From an uncultured virus (IMG/VR IMGVR_UViG_3300025322_000014) (taxonomy: Duplodnaviria > Heunggongvirae > Uroviricota > Caudoviricetes), in IMG/VR virus record IMGVR_UViG_3300025322_000014: a stretch of 64,000 nucleotides of DNA; one strand, given 5' to 3'. The position numbers and the translations under genes were made by a program. Each line of letters starts with the position of its first letter. The stretch's first letter is position 1. Below, one piece after another: positions 35,798 through 45,695 of this stretch. The notes under the pieces were generated by a model. That model saw only the letters and a list, made by a program, of their open reading frames with translations. It was not told where the DNA came from and ran no database searches.

Positions 35798-38700
35798 CTA
35801 CTCCACATTAAAAAATCTGGTTATGGTTTCTTGGTCAACGCCCAGTCTCTGCAGCGATCTGCGTCGTGCGATCGTGCTCCTCGGAGCCGCTCGCTTTCGC
35901 GGTATCTCGCCCCTTTTTTCGGCTTCCTCATTTTCACTTTCCTGATCGTCAGCCAACAACTTTCGCCAGAGTGACTCTATTCCCTGCTGTATACCAACTC
36001 CGTTAGCATCCAATTCTGCCAAGGCATTTTCAACAGTCACTCGGGTCTTCTCCGTCTCAACGGGGCGAGACGCTGTCTGCACCATTGTGCCGATTACGTC
36101 GTCTCGCTTTGCTTCCAGCAGATTTTTGTGCTCGGGCGTCGCCACCTGCAACATCTTGTCCAACGAAGTTAATGACGATGGAATATACGGCTGATACTCG
36201 TTTTTGAGCAATGCCGCCGTCATGGCTTTCGCAACACCATTATCCTCTAGGATTTTCTGCGCGTCCTTCTCATCGAAGTTGTATCCTTTAAGCAACGTCA
36301 ACATTCCTTGCACATTCTTAGCCATTACGTCAAATGCTTCGCGGCGATTTCGTTCAGTGCGTTCATACGCCGACTCCAACTCAGATTGAGACACAGCGCC
36401 TGTGCGATTAGCTACGCTGTTGAAAATTCCATTCGTCTCTGACATCTCGTTTTGAAACCGCGAAACTTTGAAACTAGTAGACTGGCGTGGATCGGCGGCA
36501 GTCAATCGCACACCGGTTGTTAACGCAGCAACCTCATTCTTCAACTTGTATCGCTTACCTTCTTCTTCCGAGGTCGGCCGAATTCCACGAGCGATACGTT
36601 TTCCCGATGTGACAATTCCAGGCTCGAGCGCAGTATTCATGACGTGTTGCACACCAAGCCAGAATTTCATTAGTTCGTCGTCTTGTTGATTATATATCGT
36701 TCTTTTTTCGTAGGTTTCACCCTGCCGGGCTTCATCAAGAGCCTTAAAAAGAATCTTAGGCTCACCGTATGAAGAAAAGAACGCCCCGAGCGCACCCCAT
36801 ATATCTCCACGCTTGGCGGCATTTGCCGACTCCACAGCGAAACTGAGAGGATCAGTGAATGACATATCGACGTATGATCGTATGCCTTCGTCATCAGTAC
36901 CAAGATGAATGAGTGTAGCGTATCGCGACCACCATGGAACGTGCCCACGTAATGCTTCTTCTTCTTCTTTCGAGGTGTGGGTTAAAAATCGTGACAATGC
37001 CGCGAGACTCAATGGGATTGCCCGCGCAGCGATCTGACCGGCCGCGAGTTTTGCGCCCATAAATCTTGTTCGAGGATCAGCCAGCCATTTAATTGTGTAC
37101 CCGGCACGATACCATTGGTTCCTTATTTGCTCGCTTTCAAAACTGATAAAATTCCCAAGCGGCGATCGCTTCAAACTACGCAGGACCGGCGGAATACGTG
37201 AATACATAGTAGTCGTATTACGGGTAACCTTGGCAGCTTCATCCATCAACTGCTCTTCAGTCCATTCGGGGTAGGCCTTGCGAAAATCTCGCATAGTAGC
37301 TTCCCAATTTGCAAGTTTGAAAATATCGTCCATCGTGCCGTAAAGTCGACTAGGCAGACTTATAAGTTTTCTCAGGCCCGTCTGAAACTTACCGCCGGTC
37401 AATTCTCGAATTGCTTCTGAGAGTAAGCCTTGAGTCGCGCGGTCCTCAATCGTGCCGAGGTCTAGATTCTCGCCGACGACACCACGCGAAATCGCTTTTA
37501 GCAAATATTCTTGATTCGCACTATTGTCGGTATTAAACAGATTCGTCCACGCGACGCCAATCATTGTTGCGAATTCAAGTGGATTGTGCCCGTTGGAAAG
37601 TTCAGACAGCATGTTGCTTGGCAGTTGACGAATCGTAGCCATTGGCGAACCGGCGGTTTTTCCCAGCTCCGAAACCGACGAAGCAAACATCAGTGCTTTG
37701 TACCACGATGCATCCATGTTTGTTTTGTCCGCCGCCGCGAATGCCTCGGCGACCTCGGGATACGTTACAAGCCCGGATAATGGATATCGTCCTTCATTCG
37801 TCGGAGCAGCGATTTGGGCGTACATTCCCTCCGGGGGTTTGCCTTCCTTCGGGTCGAAGAAGTAGCCTTTCGCTAAACCGTCGGCGCGCATCTCCGTGTA
37901 CATCTGATGTGTCGCATTTAGCTGCGCGATTCGCTGTACTGAATCAAGATAATTCAAAATCGGATCGTCGCGTTCGCCAAGGAATTTACGCCACACCTCT
38001 GGTAAATTTTTCTTGTGCTTGAGCCCGTCCAAATCCTTAGCTGGGATAAATCCTCTGGCGAGAAACTCCAGTGGGCTCCCTGCTTTTTTAGCCTCGAGCA
38101 AAATGCGGTTAGCGTCGTTGCGTGCATCAACCTCCGTCCAATCAGGATGCTCACCACGCAACCAATTCACGAAATCATTGAAAGTTTCCCGCGGCATGCG
38201 CTCAGACCAATTCGGGTCGAGGAATGCATCGTACGCCGTTGTCAAATAGGCACCATCATTCGCGATAATCTTCACCAGAGTCGCTGCACGCTTCTCGGGA
38301 ATGCCGTAGCTAACAAGCTCTTGAACGGCGTTATTAAATGCGTTTGGTTCGCCACTTTCAATCGCCGTGCGAATGTCGTCGTACAATTCCGTTCGCGAGA
38401 TCAAATGCTCTGGGAAGTTAATCTCAAGCATGCCCTCGACCGCACCCGAGTTCACCAGCTCGCGGCTAAGCGCATCAACATGCTTGCGCATAGCCCGCAC
38501 AGGCTCACGAACTTCGGCTGGCAGAATGTCAATGCTCTCTTCGCCGCGCAAAACACTGCGAATCGTGTCCTTTGTATCGGCGTCGAGTTCGCCTAGCAGC
38601 GGCACACCATAGGCTTTGTGTGCAGCTTTTCGGAACTTTTGCACAGCGAAGCCAACCATCTTCATTTCGGTTTTGATGCGAAAGTTACGTTTTTCGAGCG

Positions 38701-40705
38701 CCGCAAAAGAGCCCTTTTCAAGATTCCCTCGTGAACGCACCTGACCTGTGAATGCTCGCCAATTTTTACTGATCAGCTTACCCAGCCGTCCGCCGACTAT
38801 GGCTTTCGCGCCTTGAACACTTCCACCGGTGGCAACTCGCACCAGAGCACCGACGTCGAGGGATCCTTCTTCTTCGGTTACCAACGGAGGGAGAAGCGGC
38901 GTTTTTGCAGGTCTCTTCTTTTTTGCTTTGCGCTTAACTTCCTCAGCCTCAAAGTCAGCCTGCACTTTGCCAATGATCGCTTCATCCCTGGCTTTTGCTT
39001 TAAGATATGCTGTCTCGTCCACTGGTCGAAGATCAATCTGGGGCGGCAAAACTAACTTGTCTCCGCTTTCGCTCTTCGCTACTGCTTTCAATCGATCCTT
39101 GATTTTCATGCCAAGACTTCGGGCAGTAGGCTCGTCTACACCCAATACCTTAGTTGCGAATCGAATATAATCCGCATCGCGTTTACTCGGTTTTGCTTGG
39201 GCTGCAATATAAAGAGCCCTATCTACGTCGCTTTCAAATTCGACAGAGAAGTGCCTGTAGCGAGGAGCTGCCTTCGATAATTCATGAGGTAGTTTTGGTT
39301 CGATTAACTTCGCTTTTTCCGCAACGTACGCCTTCTCCCTCTCCGCACCTGGCTCAAATACTGCTCGCACTGTTACCGCAGGCGTAGGCTCCACTGCTGC
39401 CGCAGGCGTAGGCTCCACTGCTGCCGCAGGCGTAGGCTCCACTGCTGCCGCAGGCGTAGGCTCCACTGCTGCCGCAGGAGCAGATACAGGCGCTGCTTCG
39501 TCTTCAACCAGCGTCTTCGATGCCTCGGTTATGGCCTCGTCCAGTGTCTGCTGCTCGTATTCTGTTTTTGATAAAGTACCAACTCTAATGTCTGTAGTCT
39601 CAGGCAGCGCCGCACGCAGCGAATCAACCAACGTCTCACGTTGATCGGTACTCAAATTCAAGCGAAACCCAGCGTCCTTAAAGTCCTTCCTAGTCGGATT
39701 CGCAATCGAACTCAACTTAGCCAATCCCTCTGGTCCACCGGGTTTCTGCATGATTGATTCCACCTGCGTAGCAAACTGATCGATCTTTCGCATATCTCTA
39801 TCTGCGAAGGCAGTCTCGGCGCCAATTCTCAAGCCGGCCGCCATCTCGCCGCCGAAGAATCCGATCACTCCCTCTTTGGCCCGCCGGCCAAGAAATCCCT
39901 TGAAAGCCTCCGGGTCATTCTCGAATGCCCACTGCGTCAAATCGTTTGCCGATCCTTCGACGATTTCGGCGAAAGCTTCAGCACCACCAACCGCGGTGGT
40001 TCGCGCGGCTCGTTGACCAATAATTCCCATGAGGGTTTTCTTCGCCGCTGGCGTCTTTGTGAGAAGATCCATGCCAGGCTTGTTCATGACCCCTACTGTA
40101 GCGGAAACAATCGCGCCCTCTCCAAGAGCCAAACGCGCGGAGGTTGTGCTATCGTATCCCTTCTCCACCATGCGGTCATACGCATCGCCCATCGTCAAAC
40201 CGCCGGCCTTTCCTGCCATGTACGCTAAGCCGGATCCGGGCACTAGTGCGGTCATCCCAACTGCTGCTACAAGGTCAGCGCCTGCGTCGAGTGTATGCTC
40301 TGCGATCCACGCAGGGCTCTTATACCACTCGTCGCTTTTTTCAGCTTCCTGAGCGGCCTTTGAATACGGGAACACGGTGGTGCCGCTGCGTTTCTTGATT
40401 TCTTTACGAGCCCAATCGAGCGTGCGCAGCTCATAAGTCTCGGGAAAACCAAGCGCACGTTCCGCGGCGGAAACCGCTCCGATCTCAGCTCCCACTAAAC
40501 TTAACGCAGTTCGACCGGCAACATTCTTGATAGTTGCTGCGGCGCTTTTTCCAAGACGGACGAGTGTTGATTCTTCGTCTTGAACGAAATCATCTTCTTC
40601 CTCCCGAAAAGCATCGCTTATTGAGATGGTAGATGGTTTCGCCCTCAGAGAAATGGAGCGCTGTCGCGGAAATAGCTCTGAGATGCTGTAGGTCTCAATC
40701 GGCAT
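35798..40705 (-). CDS. Large internal virion/ejection protein
   Basis: 1635 aa, mostly helical, at the end of the virion module as in podoviruses. Confidence 0.7.
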   Translation of the reverse strand: MPIETYSISELFPRQRSISLRAKPSTISISDAFREEEDDFVQDEESTLVRLGKSAAATIKNVAGRTALSLVGAEIGAVSAAERALGFPETYELRTLDWARKEIKKRSGTTVFPYSKAAQEAEKSDEWYKSPAWIAEHTLDAGADLVAAVGMTALVPGSGLAYMAGKAGGLTMGDAYDRMVEKGYDSTTSARLALGEGAIVSATVGVMNKPGMDLLTKTPAAKKTLMGIIGQRAARTTAVGGAEAFAEIVEGSANDLTQWAFENDPEAFKGFLGRRAKEGVIGFFGGEMAAGLRIGAETAFADRDMRKIDQFATQVESIMQKPGGPEGLAKLSSIANPTRKDFKDAGFRLNLSTDQRETLVDSLRAALPETTDIRVGTLSKTEYEQQTLDEAITEASKTLVEDEAAPVSAPAAAVEPTPAAAVEPTPAAAVEPTPAAAVEPTPAVTVRAVFEPGAEREKAYVAEKAKLIEPKLPHELSKAAPRYRHFSVEFESDVDRALYIAAQAKPSKRDADYIRFATKVLGVDEPTARSLGMKIKDRLKAVAKSESGDKLVLPPQIDLRPVDETAYLKAKARDEAIIGKVQADFEAEEVKRKAKKKRPAKTPLLPPLVTEEEGSLDVGALVRVATGGSVQGAKAIVGGRLGKLISKNWRAFTGQVRSRGNLEKGSFAALEKRNFRIKTEMKMVGFAVQKFRKAAHKAYGVPLLGELDADTKDTIRSVLRGEESIDILPAEVREPVRAMRKHVDALSRELVNSGAVEGMLEINFPEHLISRTELYDDIRTAIESGEPNAFNNAVQELVSYGIPEKRAATLVKIIANDGAYLTTAYDAFLDPNWSERMPRETFNDFVNWLRGEHPDWTEVDARNDANRILLEAKKAGSPLEFLARGFIPAKDLDGLKHKKNLPEVWRKFLGERDDPILNYLDSVQRIAQLNATHQMYTEMRADGLAKGYFFDPKEGKPPEGMYAQIAAPTNEGRYPLSGLVTYPEVAEAFAAADKTNMDASWYKALMFASSVSELGKTAGSPMATIRQLPSNMLSELSNGHNPLEFATMIGVAWTNLFNTDNSANQEYLLKAISRGVVGENLDLGTIEDRATQGLLSEAIRELTGGKFQTGLRKLISLPSRLYGTMDDIFKLANWEATMRDFRKAYPEWTEEQLMDEAAKVTRNTTTMYSRIPPVLRSLKRSPLGNFISFESEQIRNQWYRAGYTIKWLADPRTRFMGAKLAAGQIAARAIPLSLAALSRFLTHTSKEEEEALRGHVPWWSRYATLIHLGTDDEGIRSYVDMSFTDPLSFAVESANAAKRGDIWGALGAFFSSYGEPKILFKALDEARQGETYEKRTIYNQQDDELMKFWLGVQHVMNTALEPGIVTSGKRIARGIRPTSEEEGKRYKLKNEVAALTTGVRLTAADPRQSTSFKVSRFQNEMSETNGIFNSVANRTGAVSQSELESAYERTERNRREAFDVMAKNVQGMLTLLKGYNFDEKDAQKILEDNGVAKAMTAALLKNEYQPYIPSSLTSLDKMLQVATPEHKNLLEAKRDDVIGTMVQTASRPVETEKTRVTVENALAELDANGVGIQQGIESLWRKLLADDQESENEEAEKRGEIPRKRAAPRSTIARRRSLQRLGVDQETITRFFNVE
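39378..39477. repeat. 24-bp tandem repeat x4 encoding AAAVEPTP
   Basis: GCAGGCGTAGGCTCCACTGCTGCC repeated. Confidence 0.95.
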
Positions 40706-40726
40706 TTGTTCCTCGAGTATTACGTA

Positions 40727-42694
40727 CTACATGTTAAACACGGATACAAAAGGTATCTCGCTCGGCGGTTTCTTTTTCTTGAGCCCGCCTTTCTTTTTAA
40801 GACCGATTTTGCGCGGTGGAATTTTTGCGAGTTCACTGGTACTCGACTTGTAGTACAGTACGCCGCGAATAGAAACGACTGATCCGACCGGAGCAGATTC
40901 GGCGTCCTGCGGAGTATTCGCAACGATTGGACGTTCGACCTTTCCACGCAACTGCTCATTACTTTCCCAGTTTTCGAGCGTAGTGTCTATTGACGGTTCT
41001 GTCCTTTTTTGGCGAGCGGCCAATCCAGAAGTCGGTCTACTGACGCCCCTAGTTTCCACAGCTTGTTCATCGGCCTGTTGAATAAAAGGATTCTCGACAA
41101 ATCCACCAGGCGTACCGGACTCGATCTGCCGCATCGCTTGGGCAACAATGTCCTGCTGGGATTCCTTGGGTTGGCGTTGGCGATCAATAGCCTGAGCGTA
41201 ATCTTGATCAATCCGAACCTGAGCGACCGCGGCTGCGTATTCCTTACTTTTTGTTCCCTTTTTTCTGGCGACATCCTCGGCTTTGTCCTGGCTATCACGG
41301 TATGCATCAACTGCGTCGTTGTAGACTTGATCGAATCGAGTTTCTCGTTGTTGCGTAATGGCTTCTGTGTGGGCCTTGCTATATGGAACTTCCCAAAACT
41401 TACCTTTGTCCTTGACATAACGTCGGCCATCCGGCAATTCAGCAACTGTTCCATCTGCGGCGTTTTTGAAAGTTGTTTTCAATTCATCCTTGCTATATGC
41501 GATCGCCGGGCGATCCATGGCCGCCGCTTCGATAAGCATCTGCGGACCCCATTCCTTCGTCCTAACAACCGCACCTTCCTGCCGCATCGCCGCGGACGCT
41601 GCCGCACTAACTTTTCGGCTGCGGATTGCCTCTTGAATATCTGTTCGCAAGTCATCCTCGGCCGAAATCGGTCTGCGAATGTTAGACCACGGGCCTGCCG
41701 GCGGCTGTTGTCCTTGCCCAGGTACTGGTCCAGGCGACGGTGTTGGCGCTGCTCCGGTGGCCATCCGTCGCTTCAACGCATCTTGGTAGTCTGTTACAAA
41801 CGGATCATATGTCTCGCCTTTCAGTACCGTTTTCGAGGGGTCAGTAATCCCGGAATCAGAGATCAACTTTTGCGCGTGCTTTGCCTGCAGGTACTGTTTA
41901 ACGTAGAGTTGCCCAGCCTGTATCGACATCTCGGCCTCCTCCTCGGGCGAGAATGGTTGGTAACCGATTACGTTGTCCTCTTCATCCTTGACTTCCTTGC
42001 CTGGCAACCTGGATTCCCGGATCTTTTCATAGCGTTCGGTGATTTTCTTGTATGCATCCTCGGTACCTTTTTGCTCGTCTGAGAAGTTTCTTTCGGCACC
42101 GTTGCCGCGAGGCACTATTTGATATCCGGCCTTCGGAGATGTTGGCACAGCGAGGCTATCTTCACCAACCTGAATTGTATTGTTCTTGATGTAATCCGGC
42201 GTATACCCCAGAATTTCAACTCCTTTTTCGGTCTTGATTTTCTGAACCCCGTTATCATCGGTTATGTCGCCAACCTGCGAACCTGGTTCATTGACGTGGT
42301 ACTGCCACTTATATTCCTCGGCCTCATCGTAGATCGAATTTATGGCCTTGAGATATTCATCTCGGCGGACGCGGCCTTCTTTGTAAGCTTTGTAGATCGC
42401 CTCGGTTTTCTTGTTCAGATCATTGACTTGCGCTTTGGCAGGCTGATCGAATGTTTGGTATTGCTGACCGAGTTGACCCCGCGCTTTTTCCCATGAGTCG
42501 AGGCGGCCCGACAAAAAACTATCTTCAGCGGATCTAGAGGCTCTAGGAGAATAGAAATCGCTGTAATTTTGACGAAGAGCCCCAAGCGCCGGCTGAGAAA
42601 GATCTGTGTCAAACAAAGACGGATCTCGAGTCGTATTGAATCCCGAATATGGATTATAAATGTAAGGATCAGTTTCTTGGTATGTAATTGCCAT
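40727..42694 (-). CDS. Putative internal virion protein
   Basis: 655 aa; position between pilot-like genes and the large protein. Confidence 0.6.
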   Translation of the reverse strand: MAITYQETDPYIYNPYSGFNTTRDPSLFDTDLSQPALGALRQNYSDFYSPRASRSAEDSFLSGRLDSWEKARGQLGQQYQTFDQPAKAQVNDLNKKTEAIYKAYKEGRVRRDEYLKAINSIYDEAEEYKWQYHVNEPGSQVGDITDDNGVQKIKTEKGVEILGYTPDYIKNNTIQVGEDSLAVPTSPKAGYQIVPRGNGAERNFSDEQKGTEDAYKKITERYEKIRESRLPGKEVKDEEDNVIGYQPFSPEEEAEMSIQAGQLYVKQYLQAKHAQKLISDSGITDPSKTVLKGETYDPFVTDYQDALKRRMATGAAPTPSPGPVPGQGQQPPAGPWSNIRRPISAEDDLRTDIQEAIRSRKVSAAASAAMRQEGAVVRTKEWGPQMLIEAAAMDRPAIAYSKDELKTTFKNAADGTVAELPDGRRYVKDKGKFWEVPYSKAHTEAITQQRETRFDQVYNDAVDAYRDSQDKAEDVARKKGTKSKEYAAAVAQVRIDQDYAQAIDRQRQPKESQQDIVAQAMRQIESGTPGGFVENPFIQQADEQAVETRGVSRPTSGLAARQKRTEPSIDTTLENWESNEQLRGKVERPIVANTPQDAESAPVGSVVSIRGVLYYKSSTSELAKIPPRKIGLKKKGGLKKKKPPSEIPFVSVFNM

Positions 42695-42710
42695 TCTTGC
42701 GTAGTCGCCC

Positions 42711-44033
42711 TTAGAAATAATTTGTTGTTATTCTTTTTCCTTGAGCAGCCAACTGAGCGGACGGCGAAGTAGCTGACGCAGTCTTACGAGCCAGATCGGC
42801 CAACTGCTGCTGTTGAAGTATCTGCGCGTACCCAAGCGACGTGGTCGATCCTAACTGGCCTAATTGAGCAGCCCTTTGTTGATCAGCGAGCCTCTGGGCC
42901 TCGTTCATTTGGAGGTAACTGAGATTCACACCCTGCTGGGCCTGCTGATAGCCCAGGCCTGTTTGTATTCCCGAGATCTGTTCTTGAGCCTGGAGTTGCG
43001 CTAATTGCTGTCGAACATTGACAGGAAGTCCTTGTGCTTGGAACCCAAGTTGGGCCGCTTGGGTTCCATACCCAGCCAGCCCGAATTGGCCTTGCAAGGT
43101 TTCGCCGCTTAACCCGCCAAGATAGCCCATTTTTTCCGCCGTCAGTCGTCCTTCAAGACCTGATGCCTCCATCCCCGCTGCTTCTTCTACGCCTCTTCGA
43201 GCTGCATCCAAAGCCGTTGTCTTGCCTACGCCACGGCTGATTGCTTGCTGCGTTGTGCTCGCTAACGCTTGTTGCCGGCGCCGATCGAGCAAAGCTCGCT
43301 CAGCAGATCCAAGGCCTTCGGCAAGAGGAGAAAGAGCGGCCTCCCTGGATGTATATTGTTGAGCTAATGCCTCTGCAGATGACTTAGCAGCACCGATATC
43401 GCTCATGGCTTGGCCAGCCACTCCTCTTGCTTCCGATAGGATTGAGCTGTAATCACCAGGAGGAATCATCCCTCTCGTAAGGGATGGTGGTATCTGCGGC
43501 TGCGTCGTGCCCGGCTTGAATCCTGTGAGTTGTTGTTGCGATCGCTGCGCGGCGCCGGTAATGTCTGTTTTTGGCGCTGTCGGCCCCCCAAGCAATCCAC
43601 CACCGCCGCCAACTAAACCACCACCGCCTCCTCCTCCACCTCCGCCGCCTCCTTTGCCACCTGTGGTTCCACCACCTACACTGAATGGACCATGCCATCC
43701 CGGACCGGCATTGGTTCTCTCGTTTGCCTCTCGCTCTTCCCAATATCGAGCGGTTTGCTCGGCTTGGGCTAGAGCGTTTTCAGATTTTTGCACCCAATTC
43801 GCCCAACCTTTTTGAGCAAATTTTTGGATGTCGGCTTTTGCCTGCTCGGCCTTTGCTTTCCATTCCGCGATTTGCTTGCCATAATTTCCTTGCGCGGCGG
43901 CACCAGCTAATTGGCCAAGAGCACCACCTACCAGCCCTCCGACTGGCCCACCAACGGCTCCACCAACTATCCCGCCGATATTTCCTAAAGCACCGGCTGC
44001 AGTAGACCCAGCAACGCCTATCGGAGTAGCCAT
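42711..44033 (-). CDS. Gly/Gln/Ala-rich ejection (pilot-like) protein
   Basis: N-terminal glycine zipper, poly-Gly, Q-rich helices; paralog of 44046..45011. Confidence 0.7.
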   Translation of the reverse strand: MATPIGVAGSTAAGALGNIGGIVGGAVGGPVGGLVGGALGQLAGAAAQGNYGKQIAEWKAKAEQAKADIQKFAQKGWANWVQKSENALAQAEQTARYWEEREANERTNAGPGWHGPFSVGGGTTGGKGGGGGGGGGGGGLVGGGGGLLGGPTAPKTDITGAAQRSQQQLTGFKPGTTQPQIPPSLTRGMIPPGDYSSILSEARGVAGQAMSDIGAAKSSAEALAQQYTSREAALSPLAEGLGSAERALLDRRRQQALASTTQQAISRGVGKTTALDAARRGVEEAAGMEASGLEGRLTAEKMGYLGGLSGETLQGQFGLAGYGTQAAQLGFQAQGLPVNVRQQLAQLQAQEQISGIQTGLGYQQAQQGVNLSYLQMNEAQRLADQQRAAQLGQLGSTTSLGYAQILQQQQLADLARKTASATSPSAQLAAQGKRITTNYF

Positions 44034-44045
44034 GGCTTAGTTCCT

Positions 44046-45011
44046 TTACAGATACCCTTGACTAACAATTCTTGCGTAGTCTTGACTTGCCCATGGAGTT
44101 CCACTGCCGATTCCACTGATTGCGCCACGAGATAGATCGGCCCACGACGGTTGATTTGGCGACATTTTGCCAATGTCTACTCCTATCGGAGCGGTTGACA
44201 TTTGATAGATTGCGGCTTGGCTTTTTGCTTTGGCATCCGCCATAGACTGCTGCAGGCCAAGATAGTCAAGAGCCGTGGACTGCTGCAGCCCAAGTCTTTG
44301 CAACGCAAGGTCTGCGGTTTGCTGCGCCGCCCTGCTTCTAATCTGGGCTTCGGCCGTGGCTTGTTGGCCCTGTAGTTGCGCATAGCCCACGCCAGTTTTT
44401 CTTTGTGCATCTCGTATCGCAGCATCTAACTCCGCACCTTGCAGCCCAACGCTTACCGGCAGCTGCCTCATCTCAAGTGCTTGCGCAGCAGTGCCAAACT
44501 GACCTTTAACAACTGCTTCCCGCGCAGCCAGCGTTTCGCCGCTCAAGGCACTACGATAGTTCATCTGCTCCCGCGTTTGTCGCTCTCTCATGAGATCGCT
44601 CAGCTGCGAACCCGTAGCTGCAATTCCCCCCTGCACAGCAGTCTGGGTGCCTTGGTTGTAAAGCCCGCGTTGAATCAGGTCAGCGTCGACGCCGCCTTGA
44701 AGAGCCTGTTGTCTTTCTTGGAGTCTACCTTGCTCAGCTTGCTGCAACCCCCCAAGAAAATTGGTGAGATTCTGCTCTCTTGCTCCATATTGCTGCGCAA
44801 CAGCTTCCCTTTGTGCTTGCGCCTGATTTAATGCTAACGATTGTGTGGTAGCTGCCTGTCGAGCCTCATCGATAATTGGTCCATATTGAGCATTAAAGAA
44901 AGGCTGGGATTCAACCGGGGAAACACCAAACACAGGTTGAGAGACTGTCTGCGGTATCGCAACTGCGTTATTAGTCGGGGGCAATGTTTTAGTCGCAGCA
45001 AAAGCAGCCAT
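44046..45011 (-). CDS. Gln/Ala-rich ejection protein paralog
   Basis: Shares EAR..AQQY..RE..I.RG..LSGETL..LPV.V with neighbour. Confidence 0.7.
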   Translation of the reverse strand: MAAFAATKTLPPTNNAVAIPQTVSQPVFGVSPVESQPFFNAQYGPIIDEARQAATTQSLALNQAQAQREAVAQQYGAREQNLTNFLGGLQQAEQGRLQERQQALQGGVDADLIQRGLYNQGTQTAVQGGIAATGSQLSDLMRERQTREQMNYRSALSGETLAAREAVVKGQFGTAAQALEMRQLPVSVGLQGAELDAAIRDAQRKTGVGYAQLQGQQATAEAQIRSRAAQQTADLALQRLGLQQSTALDYLGLQQSMADAKAKSQAAIYQMSTAPIGVDIGKMSPNQPSWADLSRGAISGIGSGTPWASQDYARIVSQGYL

Positions 45012-45020
45012 TTTTCAGCC

Positions 45021-45695
45021 CTACGTCAATGGATAAGCAAAGGTTTCACTTATCCTTGTCCTACCTTTTCCAGTTTTAACAAGTGACAATTTCGCGCGAA
45101 TCTTTTCCAAGGCCCACGCAGTGGACGCATCCGTCGTCCCGACTTTCAGATACACGTAATACCCGCGCTCCCGCGGGTTATCTGCGAAACCCATACCGGC
45201 CTCAAAAGTTCCATCTCCAGAAAAAGTCGCGGCCTCTGTCTCCAAAGCCTCTTCTGGAGTATCACCAATCAGTACCTCGTACTTGAGAACATTGCCGTCC
45301 GGATCCGTGTGAGATTGCAACTCAGACAAAATCAGCGGAATCGCCGTGTCACCGCTGCTCAGTGGTCCGATGATTGCAAAGGCTTCAATGGCCGTTCCGT
45401 CATCCGTCACCACCGATGAATCGATCTTTCGTACGTAGCCGTCTTCGCTTCCAAGCAACAGCACGCGGTCGTCGGGGCTATCCCCATCGAACACCATCAA
45501 TGCCATTGGATTGTGGTCTGCCGATGCGAAGACATCCTTAAACCATCCTTTGCTCCTCGCATCGAAGAACCAATTATTTGCGGCGGCCGGTGTTACGGAC
45601 GTGAGAGTAAAGAAAATCCCCCCGAGCTGAAACTCGTTCTCGAGATCAATTGTCTCGTTTATAAACAAATCGCCTACTTGATATTCTCTTGACAT
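45021..45695 (-). CDS. C-terminal part of tail nozzle/stabilization protein
   Basis: LLGSEDGYVRK...TDDGTAI, RG.YVYLK...WALE, as at the end of P22 gp10/T7 gp12-like proteins. Confidence 0.65.
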   Translation of the reverse strand: MSREYQVGDLFINETIDLENEFQLGGIFFTLTSVTPAAANNWFFDARSKGWFKDVFASADHNPMALMVFDGDSPDDRVLLLGSEDGYVRKIDSSVVTDDGTAIEAFAIIGPLSSGDTAIPLILSELQSHTDPDGNVLKYEVLIGDTPEEALETEAATFSGDGTFEAGMGFADNPRERGYYVYLKVGTTDASTAWALEKIRAKLSLVKTGKGRTRISETFAYPLT

